DNA from: Candidatus Bathyarchaeota archaeon | GTDB taxonomy: Archaea > Thermoproteota > Bathyarchaeia > Bathyarchaeales > Bathycorpusculaceae | Assembly (NCBI GenBank): GCA_963832745.1 | Contig: CAWHVC010000005.1 | Location: forward strand, 64,001-128,000 | Reading direction: 5' to 3' | Length of the DNA: 64,000 bases | In this document: one piece after another, positions 20,014-31,313 of the stretch | How the letters are laid out: the number at the start of each line of letters is the position of its first letter | How positions within the stretch are numbered: position 1 is the first letter of the stretch | Translations under genes and position numbers: made by a program | The notes under the pieces: generated by a model | Told to the model about the DNA's origin: nothing | Database searches by the model: none | The model's input: the letters and a program-made list of their open reading frames with translations, nothing else

Positions 20014-21150
20014 ATGGAGGTGAAACGGCAAGTAGAGAATGACTTGATTGTAGTAGTAAGAGAAATGTAAAGATGGCTTAAGAGAAACAAGCTTTGGTTC
20101 GTTTACGTTTTCTTTGTCGTGATTGTGGTTTTAGGTTTAGTGATTCTAAAGGCTTAAATCTAGACAGCCCCTCTATGGCGTTAGCCAATTATGCGCTGAA
20201 ATTGAGGCGAAAAAATTGGACACAGCAACAGAAACAAAACTGTTGCGGGTGAATCTAAAACTCAAAGCTGACGGAAAAATCCTTGAAAATGCTTGGTGGC
20301 TAAAGAAGAACGGTAGAAGCGAATCAACCATAGAAAGCAGAGTAAAACTGTTAAAGACGTGTTAAACGAGGCGCAAATCTCAATGACCCCGAAACCATCA
20401 AAGATGTAATAGCAATGCAAACGTGGAGGCAGGAAGAAAAAACAATGCTTCAGATGCCTACTCAGCATATCTAAAAATGGTGGGTGGCAAATGGGAAGCA
20501 CCACAATACAAAAAAATCCGTAAACTACCATTCATCCCCAAAGAAAACGAAATGACCACTCATAGCTGGAAGTAGCCCACGCATGGCAGTATTCCTACAG
20601 CTACTAAAAGAGACAGGCGCAAGATGTGGAGAAATCTGGCACTCAAATGGTAAGATATAGACTTCGAAAGCAAAGTAGTCAACATTACACCTGAAAAAAA
20701 CAGCAACCCAAGAGTGCTACATCTAAGCAACAAATTCTTGAAATGCTTACAAATCTACCAAAACGGTACGGTCAAAGAGTTTTCTCGCTACCAAAAATGC
20801 GAATAGATAACTTTGCAGTAAACTTCCAAAGACAACGAAAAAGAACTATCAACATAAATTGAAAAATCCACGGCTAATAAAAATTCACTTCCACACACTA
20901 CGCTATTGGAAAGGCACTATTCTATACCATCAGTATCGTTCAGAACATGTCTAGTCATGCAAAAGTTAGGTCACAAGAACATAGCAAACACACTCTTGTA
21001 TATCCAACTCGAAGAAGCACTGTTTCAAGGAGACTGCTAATACACTTCAAAAGTAGCTAAAACTGAAAAGGAAATATGCGCTTTAATCGAAGCAGGCTTT
21101 GAGTACGTCACCGATTTTCAGGGGAGCTAAAATCTTCAAAGAGGAAGTAA
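20014..21150 (+). pseudogene. int: Tyrosine integrase with N-terminal zinc ribbon (multiple frameshifts)
   Basis: Pieces KDGLRETSFG..RFLCRDCGFRFS; LLKETGARCGE; TPEKNSNPR; HFHTLRYWKGT; LGHKNIANTLLY; ALIEAGFEYVTD. Confidence 0.85.
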
Positions 21151-21210
21151 CAAGAGGAAAACCAAAAAAACAGAAACATCGCGAAGTACCCCCATACTAA
21201 TTGCTTATAT

Positions 21211-21296
21211 TGGTGCAGGGGGTGGGATTTAACCCACGAACCTCTAGAGGATAGGCTCTGAAGCCTACGCCTTTGACCATGCTCGGCGACCCCTGC
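21211..21296 (-). tRNA. tRNA-Leu (probably CAG) with encoded CCA; anticodon loop and T-loop each one base short
   Basis: Acceptor GCAGGGG/CCCCTGC, discriminator A + CCA, D-arm GCC..GGC, TAGGC-TTCAGA-GCCTA, long variable arm CCTC-TA-GAGG. Confidence 0.85.
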
Positions 21297-21383
21297 ATGC
21301 ACCGCAGATAGGTTAGTACCCTTGAAGATAACTTTTACTGATAAATACGTTACCACCCCCACCGGGGGTTTGTTGCGTTTTAG

Positions 21384-21441
21384 CCAACCTATTTGGCGTC
21401 TATTAGGGTTCTAATAGAGGTTCTATGCAGAATGCCTGTAG
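21384..21441. repeat. Partial inverted copy of the palindromic element at 58141-58239
   Basis: CCAACCTATTTGGCGTCTATTAGGGTTCTAATAGAGGTTCTATGCAG matches the reverse complement of about 58180-58238. Confidence 0.85.
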
Positions 21442-21609
21442 TGCAAAAAGCATGGAAAAATTTAAGACAAGGCGTAAGAAAACACGGTAAAAGTGTAAAT
21501 TTACGCTATTACCCTATTTCATGGTAAACAGCATTGTAAACAAACAGGCAATCTTACATTTTTTGTAAACGGCCACTTAGCGGCGATTCCGTAAAAGAAG
21601 CAAAAAACG

Positions 21610-21800
21610 GTGTTTTTACAGACTAACGCCAATTGCAGCATTCTAAAAGAACATCTCGATTATCTCGCACAACAAGGCCTAGTGGAAGAGAGTACTGAAA
21701 TTAAAAACACATAGTTTATGCTATTACTAAACGTGGTATAACTGTTCTAAATTACTTTGAAGAACTAAAAAAGGCCTTGCCAATATTAGAGGTAACATAA
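21610..21800 (+). pseudogene. Winged-helix regulator fragment (archaeal HTH_45-like)
   Basis: TNANCSILKEHLDYLAQQGLVEE / VYAITKRGITVLNYFEELKKALPI in two frames. Confidence 0.55.
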
Positions 21801-21958
21801 CTCAATACTGAGCGCCACTTTAGTTTTTTAACCTTGGGCTAAGCATTTCTATTCAAAATTGGGTGACATTCTCTCTAAACTGTTAATTTTTTATCTTTAA
21901 TGTCGGAAGATTTTATATTAAATATCATTTATTAATACTCAAACATTAATTTAAATCA

Positions 21959-22405
21959 ATGTCGTTAGATAATTTAGACAGGGCGATAATAGAAGCCTTG
22001 AGTGTTGGTGTTTGTTCTTATGAAGATTTGGCGAAGCAGTGTGGTGTTACCCGTAACACTGTTTATAGGCGGATTATGTTGCTTGAAGAGAAAGGCGTTA
22101 TAACCAACAGGTTGAGTTGTGTTTTAAACTTTGGCAAATTGGGTATTTCTGTTGTTTTAGTTAGTTTAAAAGTTCCAGAAACGGATGTTAAATCTGTTGT
22201 TTCAGCGCTTGTGGCTTTTGAGTTTGTAAAGTTTGTTTGGCGTGCTTATGGCGAATTTAGCGTAGTTTTTGTTGCTTTTAGTGTTAAAGGATTTGAAGGG
22301 GAAATGATTAGTGAGTTACGACAGAAGTTAGAGGAACTTGGTATTGTTAGTTTTAATTTTTCTGTGGGGTATGAATGGGAGAAAGAGAATTATTCACCTT
22401 TTTAA
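21959..22405 (+). CDS. Lrp/AsnC family transcriptional regulator
   Basis: LDNLDRAII...LAKQCGVTRNTVYRRIMLLEEKGVI; RAM-type C-domain. Confidence 0.85.
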   Translation: MSLDNLDRAIIEALSVGVCSYEDLAKQCGVTRNTVYRRIMLLEEKGVITNRLSCVLNFGKLGISVVLVSLKVPETDVKSVVSALVAFEFVKFVWRAYGEFSVVFVAFSVKGFEGEMISELRQKLEELGIVSFNFSVGYEWEKENYSPF

Positions 22406-22517
22406 TTTTATGCATTTTAGGCAGATTGTCACTTCTTTGGAGCAACAAAGTGAATTATTCTTAAAGTTTTTATAGTAAAAACAGCTATACTCATTTCTTA
22501 AGAAAGGAGATTAAAGC

Positions 22518-22763
22518 TTGGAGCGTCAAGAAGCCGCTACTTTTTTAAAAACTATTTTGATTGAGTGTGAGTTATCCCCTGAAGAGTTTGTGATTTTAAA
22601 TCCTTTGCCTGGTGAAAAAGAGCTGGGAAAAGGGCATAGCATACTTATCAAAGGTATGATGGCACCTGAGTGCAGGAAAAAAATTGATGCGCTGATAGGA
22701 AAGAGTGGTCTAAGCTTATTCCAGAATGAGGAAGGATTAATGATTTATCGTGCAAGAGTTTAA
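22518..22763 (+). CDS. Hypothetical protein
   Basis: 81 aa; strong RBS AAGGAG; TATA-like TTTTATA upstream. Confidence 0.65.
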   Translation: MERQEAATFLKTILIECELSPEEFVILNPLPGEKELGKGHSILIKGMMAPECRKKIDALIGKSGLSLFQNEEGLMIYRARV

Positions 22764-23179
22764 TAAATTTTTTAAAAAGTGTATCCACGGTGTAAACAGG
22801 TTAATGTTCTATGCTAAAGTAATTATTTTCTAATGTTTTAACCGGATTTTCATTTGCGCTATTGCATTTTAGGGCATTTAACCGTGAGCAAGGGCTTCCT
22901 TTCGGTACAAACATGAAGCGTTTTGTTAAGAAGATTTGTTGGCGCTATTTTGTTACAACAATTAGAGATAACTACTGAAAATATTGATTAAAATAAATAA
23001 GGAATTATTAAAATAAAAATTATTTTGTTTGTTAATTTCAATTTAAATTGTTAACAATTTATTCAAGGCTAATTTGAATTGAACAATGGCTTGATAAATT
23101 GTTCGATGGTAGCGCTGTATCGGGGCAGTTTACATGTAGGCTATATCGGAGACTTTCAACATTATTTTAATGTATTAAG

Positions 23180-23452
23180 TTAAGGTATGTCGTCTTGAGC
23201 CATAACTTGGATGTTTATTTCGATTGTTTTTGAAAAGTAGTCTCCTGAAACATCCACACTATAGCGGCTTTCTAATTCTGCAATTGCATTGTTAATGTGT
23301 TTGTTGAAGATTTTGGCGATTTGTTTTCTTTCAGGAGAAAGTGACTTTATATCTCCAGGTGGATTCATCTTTTCTATATTAACGCAAGTTTGCTTAAAAT
23401 AATTTAGTAGTTTAACTGACCTCTCTGCTGTTGGTATTGTTTGTTTCTGCAA
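23180..23452 (-). CDS. Hypothetical protein or fragment
   Basis: 90-aa ORF with protein-like composition, no motif. Confidence 0.3.
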   Translation of the reverse strand: MQKQTIPTAERSVKLLNYFKQTCVNIEKMNPPGDIKSLSPERKQIAKIFNKHINNAIAELESRYSVDVSGDYFSKTIEINIQVMAQDDIP

Positions 23453-23499
23453 AGAGTTTATTGCCTGTCATTGTTTTAGGTGGTTCTGTTGTGAGCTTG

Positions 23500-23758
23500 A
23501 TGGGTAAAACTGTTCCGACATACAGGCATGTGATTGAGGGTGAGTTGAAACGGCTGCGATCTTGTGTTGATTGGTAAGTGAGTAGATAAGGCGGCGTTTG
23601 AGGAATTAGCCGATATGTGCCGTAATAATGCCATGGCTGGGAGCGCTGCCTGTAACCCTATTTTGTTTGAGCCCATGGTTATGTCGATGTTGCTTGGGCA
23701 ACAAAAAAGATTAAGCAAGCTTGAAAAGCCAATGAAAGAAGACAGCAACTTTAGGTAA
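23500..23758 (+). pseudogene. Small helical protein of the family usually next to archaeal PolB2 (arCOG07300-like), disrupted
   Basis: MGKTVPTYRHVIEGE ... DKAAFEELADMCRNNAMAGSAACNPILFEPMVMSMLL. Confidence 0.55.
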
Positions 23759-23975
23759 AAGTAATTCTAAACACCAATTGTTTAAGGGATGAAAAAATTA
23801 GCGTTTTAAACGCTTGACTATAGGGCAGAAAGAACATTCATAACCGGTTTATAATTCTTTACAAGACAAGACGTCCCCAACCCCTTCTTGTCTTTAGTGC
23901 AATTAAGCAACTGTCCCTGATGAAACTAAGAAAAAAGGTAAAAACAAATAAACCATTCTAAACTATTTAATCAGC

Positions 23976-25433
23976 ATGTCTTCCCAAAAGAATTTGGCGA
24001 CAGAGGAATTTTTTTTAATCAAAACTGGTGCTTTAGACCAAATCAAAGACATCATTTTAGCAGTTGATAACCAAAACAACATTATCTACATAAAACAAGG
24101 CAGCAGCGAAATACTACAACATAGACAAAAAAAAAGCAACCAATCTTGAATTAACCAAATTATACCAAATGCAATGGTTTAATCAGAATGATGAACATGA
24201 AGCAAACATATCTCTTAAAGAAAATGGCTACTGGGAAGGCACAAACATTCAGCTATCGCCCGATGGCTCAAAGAAAGCTGTCGAATCCATCGTTAATGTA
24301 ATCAAAGATGAATCAGGCAAAAAAGTTGGTTTGCTCACAATAACTCGAGACATAACAAAAAGAGTCAATGTTGATGAATGGTTATTTGAAAGCAACCAGC
24401 GTCTAAATTACGCTCTGAAGCTGCACGTATCATGGTTTACGAAATTGACAATTTTACCCATAGAGTTATTATCGTTAGGGGCTTAGAGGAGCTTCTCGGA
24501 TACGCAATCGGTGAAGTACCCTCGACAATTGACTGGTGGATTTCTCAAATTCACCCCGATGACATCTCAAAAGCTCAAGAGCAATTTTACCCTACAAAAT
24601 CAATTGACGGCTTAGTCAACCAGTATCGTGTCAAACATAAAGACGACGGCTACATTGTTGTTGAAGGTATCGCCAAAGTTCTAAAGGATAAGTCTGGAAA
24701 AACTACAAAACACATCGGCAGTATGCAAAACATAACCGAAAGCAAAAAACTAGAGAAAATGCTTCAAGAAAAGAACGCTTAGCCACCATCGGGGTTACAG
24801 CAGGCATGGTTGGGCATGATATACGCAATCCACTGCAAGCTATGATTAGTGACGTTTATTTGCTCAAGGATGAGTTAGCTTCAATGCCTAAATGCCCTAC
24901 AAAAGAGGGCGTTAATGAAAGCATCATTAGCTTAGAGAAAAACATTGGTTACATCAACAAGATTGTTGCTGACCTCCAAGATTATGCTAAACCAGTAAAT
25001 CCTCAATGTTCTGAGATGAACATTTACGAATTAGCCAAAGATGTTTTAGAATCAGTTAATTTACCTGACAACTTGACCCTTTCCGTTAACATTGGCAAGT
25101 CTCTTACAATTATTAGCGACCCCATGCTTTTAAGACGTATTCTAACAAATTTGATTACAAATGGTATTCAAGCCATGCCTAAAGGAGGCCAACTTACAAT
25201 TGTAGCTTATGACGAAGAAAAACACTTTTAATTAAAGTTGTGGATACGGTATTGGAATCCCTGAAGATGTTAAGCCAAAACTGTTCACGCCGATGATGAC
25301 CACGAAATCCAAAGGGCAAGGCTTGGGGCTAGTTGTTGTCAAAAAGTTTGTAGAAGCATTAGAGGGCTCGATTAATTTTGAGAGCAAAGAAGGGCATGGA
25401 ACAAAATTTACTATACTGCTTCCCAAGAAATAA
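23976..25433 (+). pseudogene. PAS-PAS sensor histidine kinase, split by frameshifts
   Basis: PAC motif ITRDITKR, IHPDD, H-box GHDIRNPL, N-box NLITNGIQAM, DTG-like, TTKSKGQGLGL. Confidence 0.85.
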
Positions 25434-27290
25434 CAAGAAAAACCAATATGTGCAAGTTGTTTGTAAATAGCTTGGGGGCTGATATGCAGTCCCTTAGTCA
25501 TGGGTAGGTTGTTGGGCGACAATAAACTTGGCTGCTCGGTTGAAAGAAAACTAGACAGGGCATTAATGCAAGTGAAAAACCTAAATTATCCTTTAAAAGT
25601 GTTATAAGCGGTTCTTATCCGTGTGCTAACATAGATAGGATTTAGCAAAAAGTCTGGGGTGCCTCCATTTCTTGTTAACAGATAAAACGCTTAAGCCCAA
25701 ATGCACAGATGTATCCTCAATTCAAGAAATCAAGGAATTAGGATAAAAAATGATGTTGTCACAGCCTGAAGTCACAAGTCCTATGTTTTCAATAGCATAA
25801 TTAATTACTTAATGTAGCAATTGTTGCTACATTTTTGCAGCCACAAAATACTATATTTCGTAAATGGTTTTATGCTTGAAAAGTGATATGTATGATTGAC
25901 CTTCAGTTAAATGTCCAAAATGTAAGAAAGAATAGAGAACCCTTATCAGCTACGGCAACACCGAATGCAGTACCATAAAACTCTGGGAATGGAATATATG
26001 AATCTATCAATGGCAAAATAAATTGTCTTATTTTTTGCTAAATCAGTTTTCTTTATGGTGCTTTAGGGTTTGAAGATTTGGATCGTGCTGTTTTCTTTAT
26101 TTTCAGTAAATGATAATTTTTTGTCTATAACAAAATCTATTAACTGAGAATTATTACTCAAATTTTAATTTTAACTGATATTTCCCCTTGGAGGTTTCTT
26201 CAATACTAATCATAGAAGGAGGTATACTGCTCTGTTTTACCAGCGCCTTTAGGAGATTAATTGCTTCGTCACGGTTCATAGGAGTTTGAACTCCTCTGAA
26301 TTATTTCTCACCGATTTGATATTTATAATATCTAAAAATTAATTGCAAAAATTTTACCCTACATTGGCACATCCTCATTTACTGTCACAATTAATTGATT
26401 GACCACTAAGCTGACTTTAACTGGTTGATGTGATTTTTCAGATTGCTTTTGTAGCCATTACTTTTTTTCATTACACTTCTAAACTCAATTATTAATTAGG
26501 TTGATCTAAGAAACCGCTTCTTTACATGAGCTCTGTTGATTTTAGCTAACGAGTAAGTGCGACCTTGATAAAAAAAAATTGGCAACTATTCAACCAAACA
26601 TCATTATTTTTAAATAAAAAAGTTATGTCATAAATAATACCTAAAATTAAACTGTTAAATCACAAAGAAAGATCAACGAAAAGAAAGCTAAAGTTTAGAG
26701 AGGCATTTCTAGTGAGCGGTATATGTTTTTGTGTAATTTTAGTCTGTGTTTTCTTAGATGGTTAGGGGTTTTCAAGTAATTTTTTGCGGAATAGACATTT
26801 ATAAAAGGTTGCTTTTTTCAAAAAAAATCCCTTAAACAAAAGAAGGCTTGCTTGGATATAATTGCTTCATTATGAGACAACATTTTCTTTTATTTTGTTT
26901 TTTCTAACATGTACCAGTGGATCGGAATATGCTCTTAAGATAAGTGGTTTATCTGCTAACAAGAAATGGTTGCTAGCCCCTCTCACTCTTTTTGGCAACC
27001 TAACTATGCTAGCACAAAGGTAAATCACTTATAACATTTTTTTAAAAAAACAATTTTAACAGTATTAGGTATGCAACAAAAACATGGCTTTAACTATCTT
27101 CCAGAGTATGCAACAGACATTATTAAAAGGGCTTGACTACTTTGGCTAAAGTTGTACAACCCTTTTATTTCTCAGGTCTGCTAATTGTAGAATTGTTGTC
27201 TTGTTCTTCTATGGTGTCTCGAGAGCTAACTCTCTTTGTTGTCTTTTCTCCGTGGTGTTGCAGTCAAGAAAAGCAGGTGCTAATAGTTGG

Positions 27291-27705
27291 GTGAAGCTGT
27301 TTAAACCTGTCAAGAAACCATCATCAAACCGTTCGGCAAAGGAGCGCAGAAATATGTTATTTCGCGTTTTAGACGGCGTATTAAGCCTGTCTCACCAAAA
27401 AATTCATACAGGCGGTAAAAGCGACCGCGCTAAGCAGGGTTGGGCACGGGTTTTGGTTTCAGCAGTCTCAGCCTATGGCCCTTTGCTTAAAGATGAGGAA
27501 CTTCGAGCTTAGGGTAATAGACATTAGAGGAGAAACTAAAAAACAACGTTCTGATTCCAAAACCAGAGGACAAAACGAAATGAACACCCTAAGCAGAAAA
27601 CTGTATGCATTAGAAAAAAATGTGCTGCCAGAACTTCCAGAAAAAGGTAAAACAAGAATAACATGGGACAACGGAGACACAACGTTAGATGAAGCAGAAA
27701 ACTAA
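27291..27705 (+). pseudogene. Two short ORFs resembling archaeal mobile-element genes (remnant)
   Basis: KQGWARVLVSAVSAYGPLLKDEEL and MNTLSRKLYALEK patterns; frameshifted or truncated. Confidence 0.35.
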
Positions 27706-27784
27706 TTACACAGACGTGCAACACAAATCTTGCAATACCACGCCAATGAATTGCAGGCATCGTAGACTGACAGAAATGCATTTC

Positions 27785-28517
27785 CTACTTCCATTTGGTC
27801 AGTATTTCTTCACGTCTGAAAGTAGCTTTACTCAAAAAGTAAAGAATTGCATCAATAACTAAGACCACGGCGGAGAATATTAGAAGGTTAGCTATGCTGA
27901 ACGAAAAAAGCCCTTGCACCCCAGCGGCGAACACAAGAACAAACGGAATAAACATGAGTCCTGCAATCTGGTTTGCACCCCGCACGTCGGTAACTCGTGA
28001 GGAGACTATCACGGCTACCTCAATGCTTAAAATTCCTCCGAGAGGAGCTAAAAGCAGCAACATTACGCCAGCGTTCCAGTTGGGAAAATAGTAGTAGCCT
28101 AAACCAGCGTTGACTAGTATGTAATCAGTTGCTGCCATGAAGATTGATGCACCCATCCACGAAGACAGGATAGGCGGTATAAAGGCAGCAATGCCTTTTC
28201 CGAGAAGAATCTCTCCATCTGTGGTCGGTGTCGCAAGCAACGGTTCAAGTGTCTTCTCAACTTTTTCACCCACAATACTGTATGCAGCAATAGTGCTGGG
28301 GAGAACTGTCGTAATAACGACGAAGATATAGATGACAGATTCAGCGCCCAGTGATAATGTCCCAGGGATTCCGTTAGCCGTTAGGCTGCTGAATTACGAG
28401 TGAGAAAGCGATTGCGACGAGAAGGGGAAGCCCAAATGTGTAGACGATGATGCTTTTCTTTCTGCTGATTACCTTCAACTCTTTAAGAGCTATCTTCCAT
28501 GGAATCCATTCAGTCAT
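27785..28517 (-). pseudogene. ABC-2 type permease, frameshifted
   Basis: IVGEKVEKTLEPLLATPTTDGEILLGK; 5' part in other frames. Confidence 0.8.
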
Positions 28518-28520
28518 TGC

Positions 28521-29450
28521 TTATTCTCCCTCACTAGTTTCAGGTAGGCATCTTCCAACGAACTGCTGGTCACAGTAACAGTCTCGATACGCCCACCCGC
28601 TGAGACGATTGTATCCACAACATCAGGATTCTCCTCTTGAGGGATCCATAACATCGAAAGTCAACTTGTTATCCTCTGAGACCAAGTTCTTCACTTTTAG
28701 TTTTCTGAGGGAATCCAAAATCAATTTGCTTGAATGTATGAGTTGAATCACTGTTTTTCTTCCATGGATGGAGCGTTCCAGTTGTTCGGGAGTACCCACA
28801 GCCATCAGCTTGGTATTCAAGATGCCAATCTTGTCGCAGATTCTTTGCGCCTCATCGAGATTGTGAGTGTTGAGAAAAATTGTTTTCTTCTTCTCCTTCA
28901 ATTCAAGGATAAACTCCCTGACTGACTTTGAAGCTTCTGGATCAAGGTTCGCAGTCGGTTCATCCATGAAAACTATCTTTGGATCGTGAACCAAAGCTCG
29001 TGCTATGGCGAGTTTTTGTTTCATTCCCTTAGAGAACGTTCCCACTGAGAACATCTCTTCTTCGCCCAGAGACCAAAGCAATTTGAGGAAGTATTCATTG
29101 CTTTCTCTTCGTTCGGAGTCAGTCCGTCTGTAAAGTGTTCCATAGTAGTCAAGGTTCTCGTAGGCAGTAAAGCGGTACTCATACAGCCTGACATTATCGG
29201 GAACGAGTCCGATAATCTTCCTAATCTTCAAAGCATTTTCTTCGCTACCAACTTCGTATCCTCCGATCTTAGCGGTACCGCTTGTCTTTGCTATAGGAAG
29301 CAGAGAAATTCCTACCTGTTGTCGTTTTTCCTGCACCGTTGGGTCCTAAGGAGATCGAAAGACTTCACCCTCGTCAACGCTAAGGGTTAGATTATCAACA
29401 GCTGTTATACTACCGAACTTCCTTGTGAGATTCACAGTTTCAATCATCAT
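28521..29450 (-). pseudogene. ABC transporter ATP-binding protein, frameshifted
   Basis: MIETVNLTRKFG start, broken Walker A (GPNGAGKT), FSKGMKQK, MDEPT, NTHNL. Confidence 0.85.
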
Positions 29451-29906
29451 GAGTCAATCACCACTAAAGTTTCAATTCATGCCTTCTTAGCGTGGAGTTG
29501 CTTATCACTTTAAAAATTATCCTGAAAATGGAAGCTAGTTAGCTTTAATAAACATTTTATGGCTAAGTGCCAGCTAGGGAACCGAACCCTCTGTGTCCAT
29601 GTTAGTTTTTGTACTGGGGATGGGCATCTGATTTGAAGTAATGAACCCTACCCCGATTATGGTTTAAAGAGTTGTCTTGCATTGTTTATTTGCCTCAATA
29701 ACTCTTTTCGGTCCCCTGCCTAATAAAATAGTTCAATTTTCATGACTTCATATGGTGAGACGGTCAGCCAAAAACCTATCCTTGGATTAATGTGATTGCA
29801 TAAGTGAGTAAACTGCGTATTTTTGATTCATGAAAGGTTTATTAATTTTCTTATAATTCTTTTTTTTGGGCCTTTTATTATATACCTGAAATCTGGCGAG
29901 TGATTA

Positions 29907-31313
29907 TTGTCTGGTTTATCTCACACTCAAAAATCTAAGCAACAAAAAAGTCGCTTCATCTACGTTGCAGGCGTAATTTCAGCTTTAGGTGGACTACTGT
30001 TTGGTTATGATACTGGCGTAATTTCCGGCGCTATACTGTTTGTGAAACAAGAATTCGCTTTATCCCCAACAGTTGAGGAGTTAGTTGTGAGTGCAGTTTT
30101 ATTGGGTGCTTTAATGGGGGCCGGCATAGGTGGACCATTAGGCGATAAAGCGGGCAGACGAAAAACACTGATTATCGCAGCGACCATTTTTGCTCTTGGC
30201 GCAATAGGAACATCGCTTTCCCCAAACGTTGCCTTCTTGGTAGCTGGACGAATAATTGTTGGACTTGCAATAGGTGTCGCTTCTTTTACAGCTCCACTTT
30301 ACTTATCTGAAATTTCACCGGCTAAAATTCGAGGTCGTTTGGTAGCGTTTAACCAACTTGCGTTAACAATTGGCATAGTTATTTCATATTTGGTCGATTA
30401 TGCGTTTTCTGCTTCAGCTGATTGGCGAATAATGTTTGGTTTAGCGGCTGTTCCTGCAGCCATTTTAGGCGTTGGTATGTTTTTGATGCCTGATAGCCCA
30501 CGGTGGCTCATAATGGACAGCAAGAGCAGCGAAGCCAAAAAAGTTTTGTTAAGAATTGATCCCGCAAAAAATCCAGACAAAGATATATCAGACATTGAAC
30601 GGAGTTTGAAGCTTCAAAAAACCGGTTGGCATGAACTTTTTGGTCCAATGGTTAAACCGGCGTTAATAATAGGTATCGGATTAGCTATATTCCAGCAAAT
30701 CACCGGAATTAACACAGTAATTTACGATGCTCCAACGATCTTTCAGTTCGCGGGAATTGCTTCAGCTTCTAACGCCATTCTTGTCACAGCTATTGTTGGT
30801 GTAGTTAACGTTGTCCTGACAGGCGTGGCTGTGGCGCTTCTTGACAAAGTAGGAAGGCGCCCCCTTCTACTCATTGGTCTCACTGGAATGGTGGTAAGTT
30901 TAGCAGTTTTAGGCGTAGCTTTCTTTATACCCCCCTCTCAGGGACGGTAGGCATAGTTGCGACAATAGCGTTAATGGCTTATGTTGGGTCCTTTGCCATA
31001 GGATTAGGACCCATCTTTTGGCTTCTAATATCAGAAATTTTTCCGCTCAAAATAAGAGGTAAAGCGATGAGTATAGCCACAGAAGCCAATTGGGGGTTTA
31101 ACCTTGTGATCGCTTTGACGTTTCTAAGTCTCATTGGCATTATCGGACGTTCAGGGACTTTTTGGTTCTATGGAGCAGTAGGAATTATCGCATGGATTTT
31201 CTCCTATATGCTAGTCCCAGAAACACGTGGACGCACACTAGAAAAGTATCGAGGAACATTGGAGAAAAGGTAAACATCCAAAGGAGATGAAACCAGACGC
31301 AGAAACAAAGTAA
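29907..31313 (+). pseudogene. Sugar porter family MFS transporter (GalP/XylE-like), frameshifted near 30940 and 31245
   Basis: GGLLFGYDTGVISGA, DKAGRR, EISPAKIRG, PDSPRWL, QQITGIN, EIFP, PETRG. Confidence 0.9.

Larger units (their letters stand above)
16791..21235. mobile_element. tRNA-Leu-integrated element of about 4.4 kb (Rep + HEPN-like cargo + tyrosine integrase)
   Basis: Flanking att repeats, integrase next to the tRNA, RCR Rep with nick-site motif. Confidence 0.88.

Noticed and set aside
16791-21235. Complete provirus (pleolipovirus- or inovirus-like)
   Set aside because: No membrane, capsid or packaging genes, and no room for them between the att sites.
21252-21268. Anticodon loop can be read as containing UCA (tRNA-Sec or opal suppressor)
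   Set aside because: The 7-bp acceptor stem, A discriminator and Leu-type D and variable arms point to Leu. The loop is only 6 nt and is best explained as TT-CAG-GA missing one G; the T-loop also lacks a base.
25500-27200. AT-rich 1.7-kb gap as replication origin or ncRNA locus
   Set aside because: No ORB-like boxes, no adjacent cdc6 and no clear stems found; looks like eroded sequence.
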